The notes: a model not told the origin generated them from the letters alone. 64,000 bases of DNA from Felis catus (GCF_018350175.1 NC_058372.1:151404001-151468000); one strand, 5' to 3'; shown: positions 23,800 through 36,700, counted from the stretch's first letter. Numbers and translations are program-made.

Positions 23800-24130
23800 A
23801 CGGGGGGGTGTGGGTCCCCCAGAACTCATACATTGCAGCCTGACCCCTAAGGGGGTGGTATTTGGAGATGGGTCCTTGGGGGTAATTGGGTCATGAGGGG
23901 GGAGTCTCCTGATGGAATCAGGACCTTTACAAAGGGACCCCTGAGCACCTCCTCCTCCTCCCTTCTGCTGTGTGAGGACATGACGAGAGGACAGTGTCTA
24001 TGTACCAGGAAGCCAGCCTCAGATCTCAGACCTCCAGCCTCTATAACCATAAATGAGCCATAAATCCCCGTGGTTTCTGAGCCACTCCGTCTAGGGCATT
24101 TTGTCAGAGTGGCCTGAGCGGACGAGGACG
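23800..24130 (+). mobile_element. MaLR MLT1-type solo LTR
   Basis: gtcccccagaactcata...ggtatttggagatggg...tgtgaggaca...gacctccagcctc...ataaat...agccactccgtctagggcattttgt. Confidence 0.8.
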
Positions 24131-25898
24131 CCCTATCTGCGCAGACGCTCCCGGTCTGTCCTTGGTGCTGGGATGGCAGGTGGAAACCGTTCTCTCCTGT
24201 TTTCATTCCTACACTGCTAACCTTTCCCCCCAACCACATCTGCCCACGCTCCGAAGTCCCGATGCTAAAGAACGTCTCCGGCGGCATGACCGCCCGTGCC
24301 TGGCACAGGCCAGACTTGTCGGGCCCTGGCTGGGTGTGAGTGCAGAAACCGGGGGGGGTGACCCTCCATGAGAAGGTGCTGCCTCTCTCTCTGCAAAACC
24401 ACAGAGGCGAAGGGTCCTCACAGTGACCGGTCCTGGCAGCGTCCCAGTCGTGAGCTCGTGTGGACCTGTCCTCGTCAGCCTCCTTTGTGCCGAGAACCAC
24501 GTTTCAGACAAGGTTGGCCACCCTCCGCGTTGCCAAGAACGCTGCAGAGCAGAGAATCCGGTCTGCGCAGACTTGCAGTGGAGGGACAGGAGCGTGGGCT
24601 CCCGAGACGGAAGCCTGGTCCTCTGAGAGCAACTCCAGCACCTGTGTCTTCTCAGGGAAAACGCAGGTGCTGGTGTCCACACGGCAGTGTGAACATTAAT
24701 TGTGAAGTTCCTGGCACTCTACCTGGTGTACAAGACGCTCAAGAAACAGCAGCCATTATTTCCTGAGAAACAGTGAGAATCCTTTCGCTGCCCTCATTTC
24801 AGGGTGAGGAAGCCGCCTCCAGGCCAGCCACAGGCCATACTGGGAAGGAGGGGACCCTGAGGCTACATGGGGCCCTTACTCGTCCAGAGCCTCCGAGCTG
24901 GGGCAGCGGCCTGTGGCCAGGCCTTGGGGAAGAGCTGAGGAAGGTCCCAGGAACCTCTCTGCAGGTGGATTCAAGTAAAAAACTGGTGGCACAGCAGGCT
25001 GTGGTCCTACTTCCAGCCACGTCTGGAGACCAGCGTCAACGCCACTGAAATGTGGCGTCCAGTGCCAAGGGGGAGGGCCGGTGGCGCTCCGGGGATCCCG
25101 TGTTCCGTCTGTCTCCCCTTCCTGGGCCGTGAGTGTTTCCTTTGGACTTGCTTGTCCTTGGTGTTGGGGCTGCTGGGCCTGTGGCCCCTGGTACCCCTGC
25201 CTCGGTGGAAACCCTTCCCCTCCCGGGAGTTTAGTGGAAAGGAGCCCTGAGCACAGCTGGGAAGCGAGAGCTATACAAGGAATTCGTGCGACGCTCGGCC
25301 AGCAGCAACGGACTCCAGCACCAAACAGGCTCAGGAACTCGCGGTGACGCAGAAACCACAATGGGCATGAGTGGCCGAGGCTGGCCACGTGCCTGTCAAT
25401 GTCTGGCCGAGTGTATCTGGTCTGTCATGCCGTGCTCCCTGGAGCCCGAATCTGAGGATGGCACAAAGAGAAAGCGGTCCCAGGTCCACACTCCTGGCTT
25501 TGCTGGCCCGGTGCCCAGAGTTTCGGTTCCTACACGTGCCTGATAGGCGGGCACGGTCGGCTCCGGCTGTCCTCGTGGCCCTGGCTGGTCGTGGACATTT
25601 GGAGCGAGCGAGCGTGAGATGGCTCGCCGTCCCCGCTCACGGGAGGCCGACGCAGCGCGGCTTCAATCTCATCCTGGCGAACCTGGAGGCCTAAGAGTGT
25701 GCCGCTGGTGCGCGATTTTTGTCTCCGCCTCCGGCAGTGAACAGAGTAGAAGGGAGATCTGTGGAGGCCCAGGACACCCTTGAGGACTCTGGCTTTGGGC
25801 GGAACTAAGCTAATGAGAGCCCACCGGGTCTGTCTGTGCCCTATTTCACTTTCTGTCGGAATGTTCCTCTCCGTTATGATTGTGGATCGTGCACTTGT

Positions 25899-26119
25899 GG
25901 GGCGCCTGGGGGGCTCAGTCGTCGAGCATCTGACTCTTGATTTGGCTCAGGCCATGATACCAGGGTTGTGGGATCGAGCCCCGAGCTGGGCTCCGTGCTT
26001 GGGTGGGGCCGGCTTAAGAGTCTCTCTCTGCCCTTCTCCCCGGCCTCTCTCTCTCTCTCTCTCTCTCAAATAAACAAATGATAATAAAATGAAAAAATAA
26101 ATAAAATAAACAATTAAAA
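25899..26119 (+). mobile_element. Carnivore Can-SINE (older subfamily)
   Basis: ggggcgcctggg..ggctcagtcg head, (CT)n, A-rich tail; degenerate TSD atcgtgcacttgt / atggtgcgcttgc. Confidence 0.92.
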
Positions 26120-26451
26120 CATGGTGCGCTTGCGTTAGTGCTGAGAGGAGAGGAAGGCATTCCGGGTGCTGTGAACACATCTCTCATCAACTCCCTCTGT
26201 CGTCAATGCTTTACAGCTGAGGAGACTGAGGCTTGGACTCACTCCAAATGGGGTGAAGGCAGATACAGACACAACTCTGTCCACACTTCCCTCTCCTTGC
26301 TCTGTCTTCCTGGATGATAGGAGGGTCGAAGGTAAGAAACAAGTTAATGGAAACCCTTTTTGTTTTTCAAAGGGGCGAAACATCTAAACAAGAAGGCCCT
26401 GTTCTCTGTGTCCCCAGGCCCTCCCTCTCCCCAAAGACACACAGCGCCCCT

Positions 26452-26605
26452 TGTATTAGTCGGCCAGGGCTGCCATAGCAAATACCACAGATGGGCGACT
26501 AGGCAGCAGAAGTGGCTTCCCCCACGGGCCCGGGGGCTGGAGGTCTGAGATCAGGGTGTCGGCGAGGTTGGTTCTCCTGAGACCTCTCTCCTGGGCTTGG
26601 GATGG
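26452..26605 (-). mobile_element. MaLR MLT1-type LTR fragment, antisense
   Basis: tgtattagtcggccagggctgccatagcaaataccacaga...ggctggaggtctgagatcagggtgtcggc. Confidence 0.8.
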
Positions 26606-27492
26606 GTTGAGGTGAGGTGGGGTGAGGTAAGGAAAGGGTAAGTAAGGTAAAGTGGGGCAAGGAGAGTGGGGTGAGGAAGGGGTGAGGTGGTGTGAGGCGG
26701 AAGGAGGTGGGGTCAAGTGAGGTGAGGGAGGGGTGAGGTAGGGCGAGTTGAGGTGAGGGCAGACTGAAGTGGGGTGAGGGAGGGGTGAGATAGAGTGAAA
26801 TGGACTGAGGTGCCATCCGGTGAGGTGAGGTGGGGTGAGGGAGGGGTGAGGTGGGGTGAGGTGAGGTGAGGGAGGGGTGAGGTAGGGCAAGTTGAGGTGA
26901 GAGCAGACTGAAGTGGGGTGAGGGAGGGGTGAGGTAGAGTTAAATGGACTGAGGTGCCATCCGGTGAGGTGAGTTGGGGTGAGGGAGGGGCGAGGTGGGG
27001 TGAGGTGGGGCGAGGGAGAGGTGAGGCAGGGTGAGTTGGGGTGAGGGAGGGGCGAGGTGGGGTGAGGTGGGGCGAGGGAGAGGTGAGGCGGGGTGAGTTG
27101 GGGTGAGGGAGGGGCGAGGCGGGGTGAGGTGGGGCAAGGGAGGGGTGAGGTGGGGTGAGTTGGGGCGAGGGAGAAGTGAGGTGGGGTGAGGTGGGGCGAG
27201 GGAGGGGTGAGGTGGGGTGAGGTGGAGTGAGGGAGAGGTGAGGTGGGATGAGTTGGGGTGAGGAGGGGTGAGGGGGTGAGGTGGGGCGAGGGAGGGGCGA
27301 GGTGGGGTGAGGTGAGGCGAGGGAGGGGCGGGGGAGGGGCGAGGTGGGGTGAGGTGAGGCGAGGGAGGGGCGAGGTGGGGTGAGTTGGGGTGAGGGAGGG
27401 GCGAGGTGGGGTGAGGTGGGGCGAGGTGAGGCGAGGGAGGGGTGAGGTGGTCTGAGGTCGACTGAGGTGCGGTCAGGTGGGGTGAGGCGAAG
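26606..27492. repeat. G-rich (GGTGA/GGGGT/GGCGA)n pentamer array, ~890 bp
   Basis: Continuous gaggtggggtgagggagggg units; a ~125-bp block containing cagactgaagt...aatggactgaggtgccatccgg occurs twice. Confidence 0.95.
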
Positions 27493-27949
27493 GTGCCCCA
27501 CACCTCTATTCACCTTCTTCTCAAAGGGAAAAGACCGCCAGCTCGAGAGGTACGACCCCGTGTTGTTCCTGCTCCGGATCTCAGGCCGTCCGCAAGGCCC
27601 GTCCGAAGGCAGGTGTGATTTCCACGGCTTCCCCGAGTGCTTGCTGCCAACGTTGTCCTGTAATGCGAAAACGTCGCGTCACGCAAAGTGTCCGAGCTCA
27701 GCTGAATTCTGAAGCTGGTGAAGACTCGGGACAAAATCTAGAAATATCCTCTGCTTTTGAGGAACCGCCGTTCAGGGTCCGAGCTCCGTCAGGACTCCCA
27801 TGAAGGGCCCGGGTCCCAAGGTCCGAGGAGCCTGTGCTCACACGGGAGAGACAGAAGGGACCGCACGCTCCTGGGATTTCGGAAGGTTTTGCAAACCGGA
27901 CGTGCACGTGGAGGGCAGGGTGGCGCAGTGGTCAGAGGCAGGCTCTCTG

Positions 27950-28760
27950 GAGCCTAACGCGCCGGCCTCCACACTCAGCCCGTGCGAAGGGGTGAAGACG
28001 CTTCAGACGCACAGTGTGAAATGACTTCATGCGTGTGGTCGGGCGAGCCCGGGGCACCGAGTGCACATCCCGCACGCACGTCAGGGCCTCCCGCCACGCT
28101 GAGGACGCTGAAGCCACCGGTGCCGACGGACCGCGTCAGCCCGGTCGAGCGGCACGACACGCCGGCCCCCTTAAGATGAGGGACGAGCTGTGGCCGAAGC
28201 TTCAGGAGCAGCGGAGGTAGGGCCCCCGCTAGCCTGGGTTGTGGGAGCCTCGGGAGTCCTGCAGGGGGGACCGTGGGCAGCGGGTCCCCGAGGGCCGCGA
28301 AGGCCCTCTGCTCCTTCGCCCACCTGGACCCGAGGAGAGCGGGAGCCACCCTGAGAGCCCCCGCAGGCCTCCCCTCCCTCCCCGAAGCCGAGTCCACGAT
28401 GCCCATCCTCTGACCCGGCTGCAAACTGCACGGGGAGGAAACGGCGTCTCCGGGAGTCCCTCGTGGGCCCGGTTGGTCAGCTCGGCCCAGGCTGGACAGC
28501 CCGGCAAGGAGGACGAGCAGGTCATGGGGGACCCCGGGCTGAGCGGCCGCAGGACACAGTGCTCTGGAGGCGGCAGTGTCGGGCTCCGGCGTCAGGATGG
28601 CCGAGCCGACCCCCCACCCGTGGGTGTTTCCTTCCCTGCACGAGAGACACCGCCGCAGGGGTCACGGGTCACGGGAGGACGGCGGGGGTGGTACACAGAG
28701 GGATTAACCCGGGACCCAGTACTTAGGACTGCTTCATAAGTGACGCCGCTTAAGGCAGTT
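27950..28760. promoter_or_regulatory. CpG-dense segment (orphan CpG-island-like)
   Basis: High CpG density by eye, e.g. ccggtgccgacggaccgcgtcagcccggtcgagcggcacgacacgccgg; observed/expected ratio not computed. Confidence 0.35.
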
Positions 28761-29492
28761 TTAAATGGCCTATTTCTTCATAAAACAAATGCAAAATCAG
28801 CCCGCGAAGACGCGGGTTCTTAGAATGCAGTCTGTCTCCCGTCCGAGCAGAGAGCTCTTGTCCTACACGAGCAGGGTCTCTGCTCTGTGCGACTTAATTG
28901 CTGCTCGTTTCCGGCCCGCACGCTGCTAGAGGTGGCCAGTCATCAAAAGGCGGGCCGTTTCCAGGGACTGTGCACACATCCTGGGTCTGATCCGGCTTTC
29001 TGAGAATTCTCTCAGTGTGTTGGCTTCCCCTCGCGCTTGTTTTCCCCTGTGAGCAGCTCCGTATTTGCTGGAGAGGCGCCCTCGCAATCACCAAGGAAGT
29101 CGGGGTGCAGACGCTCGGTTGTCCAGGAATAGGTGACGCGCGTTGCGTGTTCTTGGAATCCCGAGGGCAGAAAGTCCCTGGTGGGTTCCCAGAACCTTCC
29201 TGCCCTCCCATCCCACTTGAGGAGGGAAGTTCCGGATTCCGTGACGCCTGTGATTCATACGCGGTACTGGTGGTTCCAGACCGAGCCTCTCGATTGCACA
29301 GCAGTGATGGCTCGTGCATCTGGAAAGGCTTAGGATCGCAGTTAGCTTGGCCAGACTCCACGTTGGGACACAGAAACGCATTTTGTCTGACCTCGTGATT
29401 CCAGTCCAGTCAGCGGGGACTTGGTGCGTGCCCTCGGGCGGCAGGACTGACCCGCCCCCTTGTTTCACTGGACCCAGATGCTCCTTACTAAG

Positions 29493-29590
29493 CCAGTGTT
29501 TCCCAAACTTGCCAGGTTGCCAGACCCATCTGGTTAAAACAGCGGTGTCCTGGGCCTGCCTAGAGGTTCTGGCGCTGTGGGTCTGTGCGT
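29493..29590. mobile_element. MER5-like hAT relic
   Basis: cagtgtttcccaaacttg...cctgggcctgcctagaggttctg...ggtctg. Confidence 0.5.
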
Positions 29591-29989
29591 GCCTGGGAAC
29601 GGAAGCAGCTGTGCAGTGAGCTTGCTCACGGATTCTCACTCTCAAGTCAGAATGTCCAGGGGGCTTTAAATGAAATTTAAAAATTAAAAAAAAAGGAAAT
29701 ACTCATGAAAATGTAAACCTTTATCTCACAGCACTACTCTTGATTCAGAAAATAAATAAAAAAGGTCAAGTGGTATTTAAAGAAAGAGAAAAGCTAAGTA
29801 CACGTTACGTACATCCTCTCCGTTTCCGTCAACTCCTGTGTCACTCGATTTTGTTTCCTGAGTCTGAAGCCTCTCGGTGCTTCTCAGACATAACTGTTTG
29901 TGCAGTTTGTGGGATGTTTGTGCAGCTTTCATAGGTTGGCTGTGGGTCCACCCTCGAAGAGCAAAGGTCTCAGCTCCAATGGCTTCATT

Positions 29990-30213
29990 GAGATTTAGTC
30001 TGCAGACCACGCGACCTCCCTCTTGAAGCATACAGCCCGCTGGCATCCGTGGCCCCACAGAGTCGTGCAACCGGCAGCATCATCAACCTTGGAACGTCTC
30101 CTCCGGAAACACAACTCACACTCCGGACCCAGTGCAAATACCAACCTGCTTTTTCTCTACAGACTTAGCTATTCTGGACACTTCAAACAAAGAGAATCAT
30201 ACGATAGGTGGTC
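29990..30213 (-). mobile_element. L1MB-type LINE-1 3' end, antisense
   Basis: gtcgtgcaacc...gacttagctattctggacacttcaaacaaagagaatcatacgataggtggtc. Confidence 0.7.
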
Positions 30214-30224
30214 AAAAAGAAAGT

Positions 30225-30443
30225 GGGGCGCCTGGGGGGCTCAGTCGGTTGAGCGTCCGACTTCGGCTCAGGTTGATCTCACAGTTCGTGGGTTCGAGCC
30301 CCTCGTCGGGCTCTGTGCTGACGGCTCAGAGCCTGGAGTCTACTTGGGATACTCTCTCTCCCTCTCTCTCTGCCCCTCCCCTGCTGTTCTCTCTCTCTCT
30401 TAAAAATAAAAAAATAAGCTTAAAAAAAAAAAAAAAAAAAAAA
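30225..30443 (+). mobile_element. Felid-type Can-SINE (SINEC_Fc-like)
   Basis: ggggcgcctgg...gagcgtccgacttcggctcagg...gggctctgtgctgacggctcagagcctgg, (CT)n, long poly-A; TSD aaaaagaaagt / aaaaagaatgt. Confidence 0.95.
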
Positions 30444-32299
30444 GAATGTCCTGGGGTCCAGGACTCCGGCAGGATGGCTGGGCCAGCACCACCTCCCAGC
30501 CCCACCTGGCATTGCCACACACACACCGCGTGCCTCCAGAAACCGGGCTCTCGCCGGCCCCCCGAGACCCCCACCTTTCTCTTGCCCTCGAGCTCGGTCG
30601 CCAAGCTGCCTGGGCAGGTGTCGGCGGCATCCGTGGGGTGTGGCCCTCTGACAGGTACCCAGGCCCGCCAGTGGCCTCACGGAGTTCCGTGTGGCTGGTT
30701 CTGGAGGTTTGAACGCTGCTTCCCTGAGCCGGCTCAGCGTGTGCAGAAGCCCGTTTTGTGAGTTGGGGCCCTTAGCGAGTTCAGCCCCCGATGCTTCCCC
30801 ACCTGCCCCAAGATCATGATGACTGCAGCCCGTCCCTGTCTGCCTGTGGGCACAACGCCCACCGTGGTGTCCCCGAAGCAGGCCTGCCTTCCGCCCCTCA
30901 CCGCCACCCCCCGCAGCGGCCCAAGCCTGCTCCAGCCGCCGCCAGGTGTTGCGGGCCACGGGTGAGCAGGCAGGCCTGCCCTCGACAAGAGGGGGGCTGA
31001 GAACGAGGAGGACGAGCCCCTGGGTACCAGAGGGGCGGAGGGGCCTGCTGCATGACCACGGGCACGGAGAGCTGGGGCGACGGGGGGCCTCACACAGGCG
31101 GCCTTGCAACCCGACATCTAAGATGATCGTACACGGTCCGTGCCGACCCGAGTGAACGGCTCTGTAAATAAGTAAATACACGGGGGAGCAGAGAGAGCGC
31201 CGTCCACGTAATTCTCGTGGCTGCTCTGCCTGGGGAGGCGAGCATAGCCCCGTCCCCGCCGGTGGTCTGTGCTTGTGACCAGCGGAGACCCCGACCGCTC
31301 TGCCAGGCAGTCAGCTGCCTTGTGGGGAGAAGGGCCCCCCCGGGTGCTCGGGCCACCGGCCAGGCTGCCGCCGCGGCCCGGGAGTGGCCAGGCGAGTGCC
31401 GAAGCCCCTCAAGGTGTGTGAAGGAGAAGACGTGGGTCCTCGGTCAGCTGGGCGGTGAGGTCCCCACCTGCCCCTGGGTCTCAGCTGGGAGTCCGGAGGC
31501 CTGTCGTCCCGCAGCAGACACGACAGGGTGGGCCCTCCTCCCGTCAGATGAGCGGACGTGCCCAGGGATGTGGAACTCACGCTGGGAGCTCCTTTCCTTC
31601 GGTCCCGAAGCAGGACACGTGAGGGAGGACAGCCAGGGCACAGAGCAGCCCGGGCCCGCCTGGCACGCAGACGTGGTTGAGCAGGGAGCGGCCCTGAGGA
31701 GGGGCGGGGGGGCTGGGCCTCTCCTGGCACCGCTCCCCGCCTGTGCCCCCACCCCGTGGCTGCTGGGTGCCTGTCCCTGCCCGGCTGCGTCCGGAAGCCC
31801 TTCCCACTCCACGTCCCCGATGTGTCGTGCTGCTGGAGGGGTGCGGCTCAGGGAGGCATCCAGGTATGCCCTGGGTGCTTAATAAACGCTGTCGACTGGC
31901 TCCTCTGTAATCAGCATGATGAGGGGTTGAGGTACCAGATAATCACGGATGATAATCACATGGAGTCAAAATTACCCTCGGAAACTCCCTAAAATATCTA
32001 CAGATCCCAGCATCAGAACGTGAGGAGAAGCAGACCCGGCTGGGTTTTCCCTCGGCGCGAGAGTGCCTGCTGCTCAGGGAACGCGTTTCACGAAAGATAC
32101 TGACTTCTGTTTAAACTCTGACCCCGAGCACGGTGCGGGAAGTGCAGGCGGGGCTGCCGGTGGCACCCCGTGACCCGACCCAGGAGGGCACGCTGGTCCG
32201 GGCGGGCGGGACGGCGTTCGGGTGCCCTGGCTCGGCCCGCGACTCTGCACGCTGAGGGACGTCGTCCACGCGGGGTGGCACATGTACACTGATTTAGGG

Positions 32300-32372
32300 C
32301 AGGGTTTCTCAGCCTCTGCATTACTGACGCTTCGAGCCGGAACGTTCTGGTTTGCCAAGTGTCCTGTGCCCT
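32300..32372 (-). mobile_element. MER20-like hAT fragment
   Basis: cagggtttctcagcctctgcattactgacgcttcgagccgga...tgtcctgtgc. Confidence 0.7.
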
Positions 32373-32501
32373 CTCCAGCCTCCCCAACTCTGACACCGCC
32401 TCAGAAACTCACTCACTTCGGTAGCGTCCTGCCTTGCCCTTCCCTCCCCTCCGCCCGCCTAACGCGCCAGAAGCCAGACCTCTGAATGAGTGGTTTTGAA
32501 G

Positions 32502-32646
32502 TTCTTTTATTTATTTATTTTGAGAGAGACAGAGACAGTGCAAGCAGGGGAGGGGCGGGGAGAGGGAGGGGGAGAGTCCCGTGCAGGGACTGACTGATGC
32601 AGGGCTTGATCTCGCGAACCCACTGAGCCGCCCGCCCAGGCGCCCC
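32502..32646 (-). mobile_element. Short (internally deleted) Can-SINE, antisense
   Basis: T-rich tail, gagagagacagagac, ends cccaggcgcccc; TSD tgaatgagtggttttgaa / tgaatgcgtggttcttaa. Confidence 0.88.
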
Positions 32647-33714
32647 TGAATGCGTGGTTCTTAACCAAGACTGTGACTAAACATGTTCCCTTTGTGCTTG
32701 TCGGTTTCACAAACCTGATTTCACTTTAACAAGGAGAATTGGCTTGGACCCCAGGAACTTCTAACCCCCAAGGACCGGAAACAAAAGTAGCTCTTTTTCC
32801 TCTTTTGCCCCCCATCCCGCTGGGTGTTTTTCTCCCAACTTTCCCTTCTTTCCTTTCCTGTTTCTGCTGTCCCCTGAGCGGGGCCCAGCAGGTCCCCTCC
32901 TGTCTGTGTCCCTCGGAGCAGTTCCTCCCAAGTACCCAAACAGCCTGCACTTTCTCCCCACTGCCCCTTGGTCTTTCCGAGCAGATCATCGCAAGAAGGC
33001 GACTCTAAATCCTGGACGTTCTCCTTGAACCCCGCGAGTCCCACTGCTGTTCAGAGAAGAGCCGGTCTATATGGAAATCCAGTCTCCTGGCCATTAGATT
33101 AATTGATTAATTAACGAAATCATCCATTCTCCCGCTCAACATACCCTCTCTGTGTTGCTTTGTCCACTACCCCTACCGAGCCCGTCTTACCAGCGGTGCT
33201 GAAGCCTGGAGTAATTCACGGGCCGCGGTTGAAGGGCCACATCCCGAATGGCCGCCAGGAGCTGTGTTGACAGGGTTCATAAAGCTCGACAAGAAATAGC
33301 ATGAAAATGCGCCTTTCTCCCTCAGGCCTCAGGACACTGTCACAAAGACCGCCTTGTCTGTCTTCTCCACTTCGTGGCAAAACTAGTAACACCGGGCCTG
33401 TCACCACTCGAGAGCTGCGGTCACCCCTTCGGCACACGGCTCCTGACAAGTCCCAGCGCAGGGTCCCCGGCCCCCGGGATGTGCCCTGATCCTCGTGTGG
33501 AGGGGGACATCTGGCACGTCTGCTCACTCATACAGGCGCCCGAACTCAAGAGCCACCGTCCCCTCTGTGCACAAGCCAGTCACCGGGCCAGGGGAGAGCA
33601 AGTGTGGTGTGGGTCACAGGGCAGGGCCGGCGGCTTAACACCACACGACCCAAGACTGAGCAGAGTGCCCTGGGAACACCGTACCTGGGTCCCCTCCTGA
33701 TCCCTCACCCCCAG

Positions 33715-33717
<3 letters not shown>

Positions 33718-33748
<31 letters not shown>
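33718..33748. repeat. (CA)n microsatellite
   Basis: About 15 perfect CA units. Confidence 0.95.
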
Positions 33749-33751
<3 letters not shown>

Positions 33752-36700
33752 CTCTCCAAAGCGGTCAGGAACACAGGGGCAGACACCCCTGTGCGTGGTT
33801 CAGGGCAGGGAGGGGAACGGGGGAAGGGCTCATCCCAAATCATGGCGTAGCCACCGTCCGCGCTGACAGGTGGGGAGGCTAGCCCAAGGAGCCGGGTCAT
33901 CAAACACGGTTTCTGTTGGCTCGGGAGCACGCGCTGTGCTTGGCCTCGGCCACAGGTTTATAACCCTAACCATACTCGCCCTGGACTGTATTCAAATGAG
34001 TTTTCATCCCCGGAGCAGACCCACCCAGCGACGCTGGAAGAAAACGAATGTTCAGGTCACGAAGGGTTAAAATTTTGCTATGGAGATTATTTCACCCAAA
34101 TAATCAGAGTTGGCTGCATTCAAGATCAACATGAGGCCTCTTTCTCTAAAACACACTTCAGTTATCTCCAAACCAACCACGTCCAACAACAGCAGTCTTT
34201 TCTTGCGCCTTTCTATGGGAGGAGGGGACCTCAAGGTGCCCCGTGCATCTTCCCAGGAAACGAGGCAAGAACAAAACGTCCTGGCTGAGGGCTTTCCGGG
34301 ACCTAGCTCTGCTCCCACACAGGGAGCACAGGACCATCTCTCAGGGCAGCCAGGAGGGCAGAAACCCGTGGCCGTCGCAAACCTGGCCTCAAACATGCGT
34401 CCCGAAAATGAGCCGTCAGAATGGCCCATTGAAACATCAGCTTCTCTCCTTTCTCGTTTTGCCCTGATGCAGCTGTTAATGGGCAACTGTGTGTGAGGTC
34501 AGACAGCAGAAGAAAAGTTAGCGGTGGGGGTTGGATAACCCCATCTGAGTAATCAAGATTTGTCCAGACCCCTGCCGTTCATTTTTCAACGATGGTGTGA
34601 AAACACGAATTAAATTCACGTGGATTGAAGATGTCCTCAGACAGCACCCCTTCAATCTTCGAAGGGCAAGATACACAAGAGAACAGTCCTCAGCCCCGGC
34701 GTCGTCCTCAGAGCACGTGAAGCAAATCAGAAAACGTTTTGTAAAACCTGAGAGCAGCTCCTCATTTCTACCCTCTTCCTCTCTGAGGCTTCGGCGATCC
34801 CGTACGGAGCACACGGGAATGACCCACCCGCCAGGTGACTCGGACCTTCCTTCTACCCCCCCGGTGGCGTGTGTGACACTCTTAACAGAGACAGACCCGG
34901 CCGGGGTGGTGCGCCTCGGCTCGCAGAGACGCCGATGGCGGGCGGGCTGTTTGTCCGGGAAGTGCAGGGTCTTGAGGAGGCGGCTGCCCCGCCCTCGGCT
35001 GGCCCGCTGCCTTTTCCTGTCCTCTCCTGCCGTCCCTGCCGTGCCTCTCCTCCACGCCACCGGATTTCTCCCTCCGGCATCTTGTCCTCCGGGTGACACT
35101 CGGGGCAGCGGTGACTGTGTCCCCAGTGCCACAGAGGCCGGAGCGCAGCCCTGGGCGAGGGCGACAGCTCTGACCTGGTCATCCTCCCCGGGGCCGGCAG
35201 AAAGCGTGATGGCTCAGCACACGCCCACCAGACAAAGTCAGAGGTACCATGACTGTCACAGCAGCAGCGTCGCCACCCAGAGCCCGACCTGCCCGACATC
35301 TTCCTCTTTTCTTAGCAGGAAGCCAGAGACTCATTTGGCCAGGAGTGCTGCTGGCTCTGAGGAGTGCCTTCCGGTCCCTAAGCATGGCTGTGTATCAACT
35401 GGGTGGTCTTGGGTCACGGGGCTTTATTCTAAGGGAAGACCTGAACTCCCTCGCTAACTACTTACTGAGCCCTGTTCCTGAGAGACCGGAGGGCCCTCCT
35501 CGTATCACAAGACTGGCCAAGTCCATCCTGCACGAGGACCCTCTTTCCAGCTGCGGTCGTAGTTCCCACCATCGGGGGGCCCAGTGAGAGGCGGCCAGGT
35601 ATGAAGGTGTCCTTTCACGAACTCTTTCTGCAAACGAGACACAGCCTGGCCTGGCGCACTTGTGTCCCGTCTGCTCCTGTGTCCCTCACTGCCAAGGTCC
35701 CCAAGATGACCGAGGGGCTTCCTCTCCGCCCACTTGGCCTTGCCCTGACCACACTGCTGCTCTGGCCCGAGAGGATTCGTCCCAGACCCCAAGTCTACCA
35801 GCACCCGCCCTCCCCAAGCCTCTCCCCAGTGACACCGGTCTGCAGGTCCTGACGGCCGGGTCCCCGAACAGCCTCCAGCACAAACCCTTACCTTCCAAAT
35901 CCACACCAACATCTGCCTGTGCCAGAGCCCTGATGCAGCCCCTTGACGCATGAGTCCAGATTCCATCCGTGTCCCCAATGTGGAGAGGGACCCCCAGCTG
36001 GAGGTCCAGGCCTGGAGGCCAAAGGACACAACCTTCATACTCTGCGTCCCCCTGGAGCCCAGGGCCCGGGCCAAGACCCCTAGTCTCAACAGCCAACCCT
36101 GGGGGCCTTCTCCGCTCCCAGGAGTGTCCCTCAAAAGTCAAAATGGATCATGTGGCTCTCCTAGGTAAAAATTTCCCCTGGTTCCTGATCCCTTTCAGGG
36201 CAAAGCTCAGGTCAGTGGGCTCGGGACCCAGCTCTGGGGTCAGTAGTCCTTGGCTCCACCTGCCCCACCCCCACAGCCCTGCCTGACTACCCTTTCCCTC
36301 ATCCCCAGCTGAAGACAGAGGGTGATGTCAGGATTTCCCCTCTGTCCTGCCCTGGTCCCTCGTGGCCCCACACTGTGTGCTCAGTGCTCCCTTCTTGCTG
36401 CCCTGCCCATCTCTAAGGTGCTGCCCTGGGTCACCTGTGAACTGTCTTTACAGCAAAGACCTCGCCCCTGAATTCCTCGTCCCCAGGATGCCGGATGTAG
36501 GTCACGATGTGCAGCGTGGATGCATGAAACACAGCTTGCACGTCTGAATGCCTCACGACAGGGACCACAGACCCACACCTTTGCGCTTACGGCTGCGCTG
36601 TTGACAGAAGAGCAGGGGCAGACCAGACTGCTTCCCCCCCGGAGCTAAAGGGGCGTGCTGACCTCAGAGCCCTTCGTGGAAGGCCTCTGGCTAAGCCCCC

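Noticed and set aside
26606-27492. Immunoglobulin switch region, or PRDM9 hotspot motif (CCTCCCTCACCCC on the minus strand)
   Set aside because: No GAGCT/AGCT pentamers or Ig exons; the 13-mer motif is specific to a human PRDM9 allele and not transferable to felids.
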